Below, piece by piece: positions 56,019 to 64,000 of a stretch of 64,000 nucleotides of DNA (the stretch's first letter is position 1; each line of letters starts with the position of its first letter). A program made the position numbers and the translations under genes. The stretch lies in assembly GCA_963777955.1 (NCBI GenBank), contig CAVZSQ010000013.1, forward strand, positions 512,001 through 576,000. Reading direction: 5' to 3'. The notes beneath the pieces were generated by a model. It made no database searches. It saw only the letters and a list, made by a program, of their open reading frames with translations, and was not told the origin of the DNA. Source of the DNA: Calditrichia bacterium. Lineage in GTDB: Bacteria; Calditrichota; Calditrichia; JAJRVZ01.

Positions 56019-56111
56019 GTATTCAATACTCCAATTAAATTGTGGCATAACAAATATTAAAGGTTGTTATTCCTGCCTTATAATAAAGTATGAAATGGAG
56101 AGGATCAGAAA

Positions 56112-57164
56112 ATGCTTAAAAAGCGATGGATCATTTTAGGGATTATGATTCTGCTAGTACTTGTTATTTATCTTGTATTCACTCTTGTACCAAAGAATAA
56201 AGTTGTACTACAGGCCATAACGACGGATATTCCGGTTGCCATAACCACGGTACAAAAGCAAAAATTGACCGACAACATTTCATTGATTGGGACCATTAAT
56301 GCCAGCAACGATGTTAATGTGATTTCCGAAACACAGGGTACGGTCAGAACTGTATATGTAAAGGTCAGCCAGTACGTTAGCAGCGGGACTATTCTGGCCC
56401 AGGTGGATGATGAGATCCCCCGCTCTAATTTGGCGGCTGCCGAGATCAATTATCAGAAAGCCATACGTGATTATGAACGAAGTGAGGCTCTGTACCAGGA
56501 AAATTCGATCAGTCCGGCTCAGCTGGATGCGGCCCGTCTGGGAATGAAATCTGCCGAAAATCAAAGAGATATAGCCCGTCGTCAATTAGCCAACACCCAG
56601 ATCAAATCCCCGATCCAGGGCACAGTTAACTCCCGCTTTATCAATGTCGGTACCATGGTGCAACCGGGTATGACCGTGACTAATATCGTCGATATCTCAA
56701 TGCTCAAAGTAAGTGTCAATGTGACCGAACAGGAAGCCTTCAAATTGAAACCGGGAGATACTGTCGAAGTGAACACCGATGTGTACCCGGAACATAAATT
56801 CATCGGACGGGTGGATAATATAGCCGCGAAAGCGGATGCGGCTCATACATACCCGCTTGAGATTATCGTCCCGAATGACAACAAGTATCCCCTGAAAGCC
56901 GGGATGTTTGCCCGGGTAACCTTTATCTCCATGACTCGGGATGAAGTACTGACTATCCCCAGGATCGCTCTGATCGGCAGTATCCGTAATGCCCAGGTTT
57001 ACCGGATTAATAAAGGAATGGCTAATTTATATTCTTTGGTCATCGGTCGGCAATCAAGTGAATATCTGGAAGTGCTCAGCGGAATAAGTCAAAGTGATAC
57101 GATTGTTATCAGCGGACAGAATAATCTGGTGGATGGATCCAAAGTAATAATTATTGGTAAATGA
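56112..57164 (+). CDS. RND efflux periplasmic adaptor (MFP)
   Basis: N-terminal TM helix, ISETQGTV, IKSPIQG, LKAGMFARV. Confidence 0.92.
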   Translation: MLKKRWIILGIMILLVLVIYLVFTLVPKNKVVLQAITTDIPVAITTVQKQKLTDNISLIGTINASNDVNVISETQGTVRTVYVKVSQYVSSGTILAQVDDEIPRSNLAAAEINYQKAIRDYERSEALYQENSISPAQLDAARLGMKSAENQRDIARRQLANTQIKSPIQGTVNSRFINVGTMVQPGMTVTNIVDISMLKVSVNVTEQEAFKLKPGDTVEVNTDVYPEHKFIGRVDNIAAKADAAHTYPLEIIVPNDNKYPLKAGMFARVTFISMTRDEVLTIPRIALIGSIRNAQVYRINKGMANLYSLVIGRQSSEYLEVLSGISQSDTIVISGQNNLVDGSKVIIIGK

Positions 57165-57235
57165 GTAAATACTCATTTTTATCGGACTGACCAGCGAATA
57201 AAATTCGATAAACTCATTAAAAGGACACCTCTGAC

Positions 57236-60200
57236 ATGACCATTACCGAAGTTGCTATTAAACGACCTTCTCTGATAATCGTGATCTTTCTGGCCTTAGG
57301 GATACTGGGTTTATTCGGGTATAACCAGTTACGATACGAATTATTACCCAGATTCAATATTCCCTTCATCAGTATCCAGACCATTTACCCCGGAGCCTCA
57401 CCAACTGAGGTAGAAAGCAGCATTACCAAACCGCTTGAAGATGCTGTTTCCAATCTGGAAAAAATTGAAAACATCTTTGCCACCTCTTACGAAGGTTTGT
57501 CCCTGTTGAACATCCAGTTTGGTCGTACCGCCGATATCGATCAATCCATCCAGGATGTACAACGCAAAATAAACAGTGTGATGGTAAACCTGCCCCGTGA
57601 TGTGCGCCCGCCGGTGATTCAAAAATTTTCATTTGAAGAATTACCGGTGCTACGGCTGGCTGTTAGCAGCGATATGCCCTCCCGCGAATTTTACCAACTG
57701 TTGAAAAACCAGATCCAGCCTTTATTTGCCAAAATTCCAGGGGTGGGACAGGTTTCCCTGATTGGCGGTGATATCCGGGAAATCAGGATTAATCTGGATG
57801 CCCAGAAAATACGCGCCTATAATCTTTCTATTCCCCAGATCACCCAGATTGTCCGTGCCTCCAACCTTGATTTTCCAACCGGTGCCATCAAAGGATCTGA
57901 ATCACAATCGATTGTACGCATTTCCGGCAAGTTTACTTCCATCAATGAGCTGCGCAACCTGATCATCATGCGTTCCGAACAGGGTGGAGTTGTACAATTG
58001 GGTGATGTGGCTGAAATTGAAGATGGCTTGCAGGATTTTACCTCGTTTAGCCGCATCAACGGTAAAAATGCTGTCGGGATCAATATTGTCAAGCAATCTG
58101 ATGCCAACACGGTGGAAGTCAGCCAAAGGGTCCGGGCCACTATCCAACAAGCAGAGACCCAGTACCAGAATATAAACCTGAAATTCGATATCGCACAGGA
58201 CGCATCAACCTTCACCATTGAAGCTGCCAATGCGGTAAAACATGATCTCCTGATGGCCATATTACTGGTTTCAGCCGTGATGTTCTTGTTTCTGCATAGT
58301 GTCCGTAATTCGATCATCATCCTGATCTCCATTCCGGCATCCCTGGTTACGTCCATCCTGGCCATGTGGGCTTTCGATTTTTCGCTGAATCTAATGACCC
58401 TGCTCGCCCTTTCCCTGGTAATCGGGATCCTGGTGGATGACTCCATTGTGGTTCTTGAAAATATTTATCACCATCTGGAGAAAGGGGAAGATCGTGCCGC
58501 CGCCGCCTTACGCGGTCGGAATGAGATCGGTTTTGCCGCCCTTTCTATAACTCTGGTTGACGTTGTGGTCTTTGTACCGCTTTCGGTCATCGTTGGACTG
58601 GTAGGCGATATCATGCGGGAATTCTCTATCGTCGTGGTGGCGTCTACGCTGATGAGTTTGTTTGTATCCTTTACGCTTACACCGATGCTGGCTTCCCGGT
58701 TTTCCAAATTGGAACAGGCTTCGGGGGCCTCAGCACAAACGCTATCAGGTCAGCTGGGCTATTGGTTTGAAAAGGGATTCCGCTGGATAACCGATCACTT
58801 TCTAGGAGTATTGAACTACAGTTTAACCAATGCAGGAAAGGTGCTGATAGTGACGGCGGTTATTTTCATTATCACACTGTTGTTGCCGTTTTTCGGCCTG
58901 ATTGGAATGGAATTTATGAAAGAGTCGGATCAGGGATTGTTCATTGTCCGGCTGGAATTGCCCCCCGGGGCTACTCTGGAAAATACTAACCGGGTGACCA
59001 TGCAGGTAGAGAAAATGATCGCGGCTATTCCCGAAGTAAAAAAGATTTTGACCAGTGTTGGGGCGGTATCGTTTGGAGCATCAGCTCCTAATAAAGCCGA
59101 ATTGATGGTAACCCTGTCCGACCGCAATCTGCGCCAGCGTTCGACTACCGATCTGACCAATGAAATTAAACTGAAGACAAAACAGATTCCCGGAACCAAA
59201 GTGTATGTCGACCAGGTTTCTATAACCGGGATGGCCGGTGGTGCACCGATCCAGATCTGGGTTTCCAGCAGTAATCCGGATTCCCTGCTGACCACAGCCA
59301 ATCTGGTAGCCGATGCCCTGCGTAGAACTCCCACGGTGAACGAAGTTACCATCTCGATGGAAATGGGCAATCCGGAAACCCGCATTGAAGTGGACCGGCA
59401 AAAGATGGCCACATTTGGATTGACCGTTTTCGATGTCGGAACAACTTTACGGGTAGCTCTGACCGGTGATGATGAATCCAAATACACGGAAGGTTCTTAC
59501 GAATATCCGATCCGCCTTGTCCTGGACCGTTTTAACCGCTCTAATCCCAATGATATTGCCAGATTACCATTCATGAACTCAATGGGACAGCAAATTGAGT
59601 TACAGCAATTCGCCCAGATTGTACAATCCAGCGGTCCGACCAAAGTCGAACGCAAGAACCGTAATTCATCATTAAACATTTCAGCGTATATTGATAATAG
59701 CATCCCACTGGGCAATGTGGTTCAGGCTTATCAGAATATCCTGGGAGACAACAAAGCACTGGGCACCAGCATCGAATTCGAAGGAGCTGAAAAAGACCGG
59801 GCAGAGAGTTTTAATCAGTTAGGTATTGCCCTGCTGGCCGCAATTTTATTCGTTTATTTTATCATGGTAGGTTTATACGATTCTTTTGTCTACCCTTTTG
59901 TTGTGATCTTCTCGATTCCACTGGCCTTAATCGGAGCATTGCTGGCACTGGCCCTCAGCGGAAATGCCCTGAGTATTTTTTCGATTCTCGGTATTATCAT
60001 GATGGTGGGACTGGTGGCTAAAAATGCAATTCTGCTGGTGGATCGGACCAATGATAACCGGGAGCGCGGGTTGACTGTTCACGAAGCATTGATCGAAGCT
60101 GGACAGATGCGTATTCGGCCTATATTCATGACCACCTTATCGATGGTGTTTGGCATGTTACCTATTGCCCTGGCCAGGGGAGCCGGTTCAGAATGGAAAA

Positions 60201-60385
60201 ATGGCCTGGCCTGGGCCTTAATCGGAGGTTTGACCAGTTCGATGTTTCTTACCCTGGTCATTGTGCCGATCGTCTATATCCAAATCAATAAACTACGTAC
60301 CAATATACCACTATTGTTTAGACATCCCTTTGCGATCCAGCGTTACAACAGGATGAAAGCACTGGCTGAGGGCAAAAAACAATAA
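57236..60385 (+). CDS. RND efflux permease (AcrB/HAE1-like)
   Basis: YPGASPTEVE, GILVDDSIVVLEN, KNAILLVD, RIRPIFMT. Confidence 0.95.
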   Translation: MTITEVAIKRPSLIIVIFLALGILGLFGYNQLRYELLPRFNIPFISIQTIYPGASPTEVESSITKPLEDAVSNLEKIENIFATSYEGLSLLNIQFGRTADIDQSIQDVQRKINSVMVNLPRDVRPPVIQKFSFEELPVLRLAVSSDMPSREFYQLLKNQIQPLFAKIPGVGQVSLIGGDIREIRINLDAQKIRAYNLSIPQITQIVRASNLDFPTGAIKGSESQSIVRISGKFTSINELRNLIIMRSEQGGVVQLGDVAEIEDGLQDFTSFSRINGKNAVGINIVKQSDANTVEVSQRVRATIQQAETQYQNINLKFDIAQDASTFTIEAANAVKHDLLMAILLVSAVMFLFLHSVRNSIIILISIPASLVTSILAMWAFDFSLNLMTLLALSLVIGILVDDSIVVLENIYHHLEKGEDRAAAALRGRNEIGFAALSITLVDVVVFVPLSVIVGLVGDIMREFSIVVVASTLMSLFVSFTLTPMLASRFSKLEQASGASAQTLSGQLGYWFEKGFRWITDHFLGVLNYSLTNAGKVLIVTAVIFIITLLLPFFGLIGMEFMKESDQGLFIVRLELPPGATLENTNRVTMQVEKMIAAIPEVKKILTSVGAVSFGASAPNKAELMVTLSDRNLRQRSTTDLTNEIKLKTKQIPGTKVYVDQVSITGMAGGAPIQIWVSSSNPDSLLTTANLVADALRRTPTVNEVTISMEMGNPETRIEVDRQKMATFGLTVFDVGTTLRVALTGDDESKYTEGSYEYPIRLVLDRFNRSNPNDIARLPFMNSMGQQIELQQFAQIVQSSGPTKVERKNRNSSLNISAYIDNSIPLGNVVQAYQNILGDNKALGTSIEFEGAEKDRAESFNQLGIALLAAILFVYFIMVGLYDSFVYPFVVIFSIPLALIGALLALALSGNALSIFSILGIIMMVGLVAKNAILLVDRTNDNRERGLTVHEALIEAGQMRIRPIFMTTLSMVFGMLPIALARGAGSEWKNGLAWALIGGLTSSMFLTLVIVPIVYIQINKLRTNIPLLFRHPFAIQRYNRMKALAEGKKQ

Positions 60386-60397
60386 AGAGGTAACAAA

Positions 60398-62846
60398 ATG
60401 AACAAGAGTTTTGTTGTTATTTCCTCGTTAATTATTTTGTTATTAAATATTTCCTTCTCCAAAGCTCAAAATTCATCAGCGGGCCTGGGTTTGCGCATCG
60501 GTGTAATTTTCGATGGCCCCTGGGATAAAAACCAGGAACTCTTTGAACTGATCAAGAAAGAAGTTACTGAAGTTGCCATCGGCAATTATAAAATCATATT
60601 TCCTGCAGACAAATGTCTGACGGGTGACTGGAGCGTGAACGGCGTCCGAAAACTAAATGAGCAATTATTAACTGATCCCCAGGTGGACCTGATCATTGGT
60701 TTCGGAGTTTTTTCTTCCCAGGATCTGGCCCGGCGTGGATCCCTCCCCAAACCGGTCATCGCCCCGATCGTGATCAATCCTGAAAAACAGTATATTCCCA
60801 TTCAGGGAGGTACCAGCGGTATCCATAATTTGAATTACCTGGTTTACCCCCAGACCTTTATCCGCGATTTTTCCCTTTTCAGGGAAATGGTTCCCTTTAA
60901 AAAACTGGTTTTCCTGACCAGCAAACGTTTCCATGACGGCGTTCCCCCTACCCGCCCGGATGATGAAGAAATAAGCAAGACACTTGGATCCGCTTTTATT
61001 ACCATCCGGTTTGACGATTTTGCCGAACAAGCACTGGCAGCCCTTCCGGCAGATGCCGATGCCGTTTACCTGGATGTTATCCCCTTGTCCAGGAGTGAAT
61101 TTGAAAAATTGGTGCGCGGACTGATTAAACGACGATTGACCAGTTTTTCGTCCATAGGAGAAACAGAAGTACGTGCCGGCATCATGTTTGCCGCCAACCC
61201 GGATATTTTCCCGCGTATGATCCGGCGTATTGCCTTGAATATTCAACGCATCATGATGGGAGAAGATCCTGGTTCACTGGCAGTGAACTTTCCAGCCGGG
61301 AAAAAATTGTACATTAATGTAACCACCGCTAATTCCATCGGTATCTTTCCCAAATGGACCACCCTGCTGGAGGCAGAATTAATCGATCCGGTTACACCCG
61401 AACCTTCGGCGCTTTCATTTACCTTAGCCAGTGCCATGCAGCGGATCAGTACAGAAAACCTGGATGTTCAATCTAAAATGAAGGAATTGAACACACAACA
61501 GAAGAACATAGCTCTGGCCCGTTCTATCCTGTTGCCCCAGATTAATCTGAACGCCACGGGAGTCCAGATCGACCAGGATCGGGCGGCTGCCGCATACATG
61601 CCGGAGCGAAGTGCTGCGGCAGAAATCAGTTTGAATCAAGTTCTATTTTCAGAATCCGCTTTGGCAAATCTTAGTATTCAGTCTTCTCTGTATCGGGCTA
61701 AGGAAGATGAATTTGAAGTCAACCGCCTGAACAATATCGTGGACGGTGCGACGATTTATCTGAATTACCTGCGGGTGAAGAAAATATACTTAACCTTGCT
61801 TGATAATCTGAGAGTAACCCGCTCCAATCTTGAACTGGCTCAAATCCGGCAGAGTACCGGGGTCGCCGGAGCGGAGGAGCCCTTGCGCTGGGAAATAGAG
61901 ATTGCCCGGATGCGACAGGATGTTATGGCATTGCATTCGCAGATGAATCAAACCGGTTTGGTCCTGAATCAAATACTGAATCTGCTGCTCATTCAGCCAT
62001 TGAATCCTGCTGACCTGGCCATCGATGATGCCACCTTGTTCATTTCCGACAAAAAACTGCAAAGTTACCTGGAGGATCCATTAAGTCTGGCCATCCTTAC
62101 TGAGTACATGGTCAAAGAAGGCCTGGACCGGGCCCACGAATTGCATCAACTGGACGCGGTTATTCAGGCTCAGCAGCGCGCACTCACCTCCTCCCGTAAC
62201 GCCTTTTTTCTGCCGACCATCGGTGCATTCGTACGCTATACTAATAACTTTTATAAATCATCGCAGCCTCAGCCTTTTCAGGCTGAGTGAAATCCCGGCA
62301 CCTCCGGCCGGCCTGGATCCTGATGTTCCCCTGTACCTGGGCCGGTTATTTTCAGCAGTTACACCGGCTCTGCCGGATCGTCATGATTGGACGGTTGGAA
62401 TTCAATTTTCGTTCAATTTATTTAGTGGTTTATCCAAACTGGCCAATGAACAAAAAACCAGGGAACAATTAAAGCAATATCAGTTACAACGCCAGGCCAC
62501 AACCGACAGGGTGGCCTTGAGGATCCGCTCGGAAATGCAGAATGCAAAATCGACCTACTTTGCCATTCAGCAAACCCGCCTGCGACTGGAAGCAGCACGA
62601 AAAACAATCGATCTGGTGACGGATGCTTATTCCCGCGGTGCTGTCTCCATATTGAATCTACTGGATGCCCAGAACGCCCAATTATATGCGAATCAATTAA
62701 CCATCCATGCGTATTATGATTTTATGATCACCTACTTTCAATTACAACGGGCTCTGGGACAATTTGATCTGCTCATGACTCCGGAAAAACGGGATGAGTT
62801 TCTACAGAAATTAATCCAGTTCATGGAAACCACCCGTAAACCTTGA
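60398..62846 (+). CDS. TolC-family outer membrane factor with an N-terminal substrate-binding-protein-like domain (frameshift near 62277)
   Basis: About 330-aa N-terminal domain (IGVIFDG, DPQVDLIIGFG, LYINVTTANSIG) followed by OEP repeats (ARSILLPQINL, FFLPTIG, YSRGAVSILNLLDAQ). Confidence 0.85.
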
Positions 62847-62866
62847 TGCCAGACTGCCAGGCAACT

Positions 62867-63832
62867 TTACAGTGCTGGCACTAAAGGTTTCTGCCAGAAT
62901 AAGTACTCATCGTTAATGTAAATGATCTTCTTCCCTTTTTTGGTCATTTGAGGTTCTTGCAGAAGTTCTTCGCGATACCCGTCGGGAATCAATTCGAAAT
63001 AGACCCTGTCCGGCTTTGATTGTTGGTCGAACATACTGTTCTGCGGGCATCGAATCTTGAAGATGAAATCCGACAGGAACCAGGTATAGTCCGATCCATC
63101 AATGAAGTTTTGTAAATTATCCCATGCTTTCGTTAAGCCACTTTGGCCGGTATTTACAACATTCTTCACCACCAAAGGATCGCTTGCTATTAAACGGCTT
63201 CGAATTTCCGCTGCTCCCAGAATGTTTCCATTTTCATCCGTCATATAGACGCCAAAATCCGGATCCATGAGAATCCATTTCCCCAGAATGCGCGAGTAGA
63301 CCGATGTGATGAAATGGCTTTCATCCTCCTCGTTTGAATGGGGCAGAAGGTGTGTCTGGCGGGAATAGAATCCCATGGCCAGGAAAACCTCGTTTAAGAT
63401 GATTGTCTTCATGTAGCAATTGATCGTTTTGTGCTCAACTTGCGCCAAACGAATCAAATTAAAGGCGTTTAACTCTTTCGGGATTTCAGGTTCATTCGCA
63501 TGCCCGGTCAATTGAAACACCCAACCCGTCAGTTTAATGATCTGATCGGTTTCTGAACCCTCAGCGGCGACCGTATCCAGATCGTATGTGTCGCGCAGTT
63601 TTCTGAGATTGCTATCCGTTGGAGCAGCGTATTGGAAATTCACATCGACGGGATATCCCGGGTGTTTTGCCGAGAAGGTTGAGTGCTTTCTCAAGAGGTC
63701 TGTCCATTCCATTCCCAGGGTCACATTTTGACTGCGATTGTGAGCTAAAGGAATGATATAGACGGCAGACACTATCACTACGGCCACAATCCCGGTTGCA
63801 CTGAATAATGTTTTAATACTTTTGGTTTTCAT
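62867..63832 (-). CDS. Transglutaminase-like protein
   Basis: Cys-His-Asp triad spacing: INCYMK, ESHFIT, WILMDPD; N-terminal TM/signal. Confidence 0.75.
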   Translation of the reverse strand: MKTKSIKTLFSATGIVAVVIVSAVYIIPLAHNRSQNVTLGMEWTDLLRKHSTFSAKHPGYPVDVNFQYAAPTDSNLRKLRDTYDLDTVAAEGSETDQIIKLTGWVFQLTGHANEPEIPKELNAFNLIRLAQVEHKTINCYMKTIILNEVFLAMGFYSRQTHLLPHSNEEDESHFITSVYSRILGKWILMDPDFGVYMTDENGNILGAAEIRSRLIASDPLVVKNVVNTGQSGLTKAWDNLQNFIDGSDYTWFLSDFIFKIRCPQNSMFDQQSKPDRVYFELIPDGYREELLQEPQMTKKGKKIIYINDEYLFWQKPLVPAL

Positions 63833-64000
63833 TTTTTACTTTTCTCTTTAGTGATCGATGATTGGTTATTCTTCACTACGTCCCGATAGTTGATCAGGAG
63901 TAATGCACTATCTGGATACCTGGTCTTGATTTAATTTAGCCGTTTCATATTTCCAGAAATAATTCATCCCCTCCACCATTGGTGGATAGTTGATCAACTT

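Noticed and set aside
62270..62295. Stop-codon readthrough or alternative genetic code at the TolC TGA
   Set aside because: The continuation is in a different frame, and intact genes use TGA, TAA and TAG as normal stops.
63864..64000. gatagttgatca repeated twice plus small palindromes at the right edge
   Set aside because: Probably the 3' end of a minus-strand gene entering from outside the window; too little context to call.

Overview
Bacterial window, most consistent with an FCB-group lineage such as Calditrichota/KSB1/Ignavibacteria. This is inferred from seven genes ending in an 'LxQNYPNPFNP...KKLxLLK' T9SS/FlgD-type C-terminal domain (CTD), an alternative complex III and hybrid sensor kinases. 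The left half (1-28.6 kb) is largely core: PPIase, mfd, a TPR protein, lpdA-lipB-E1(alpha/beta fused)-E2, dusB, a fungal-type homoaconitase, an OPT transporter, a CDF transporter and actABCDEF. The right half is accessory: a hybrid two-component sensor with a secreted beta-helix protein, a LytS/LytTR system, two secreted plant-type LRR-Ig proteins, a DAHP synthase, single cargo-like genes, a GH43/XylR cluster and an RND pump with an SBP-TolC fusion. Many genes, including housekeeping ones, are broken by single-base insertions, most likely long-read assembly errors, so I give reconstructed gene spans. The most notable non-genic signals are four. (i) Three same-orientation tRNA-3'-end-like repeats (GCGGGGTGGATGG) bracket cargo modules like a cassette array. 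(ii) A DUF559 nuclease gene is flanked by inverted two-hairpin repeats, and related solo palindromes sit 1-2 nt after three T9SS-CTD stop codons. (iii) Heptamer repeats sit in-frame at one fixed position of most CTDs. (iv) A GTAG-type REP is inserted in-frame in a histidine kinase. No rRNA, intact tRNA, CRISPR array or intact transposase/integrase was recognised.
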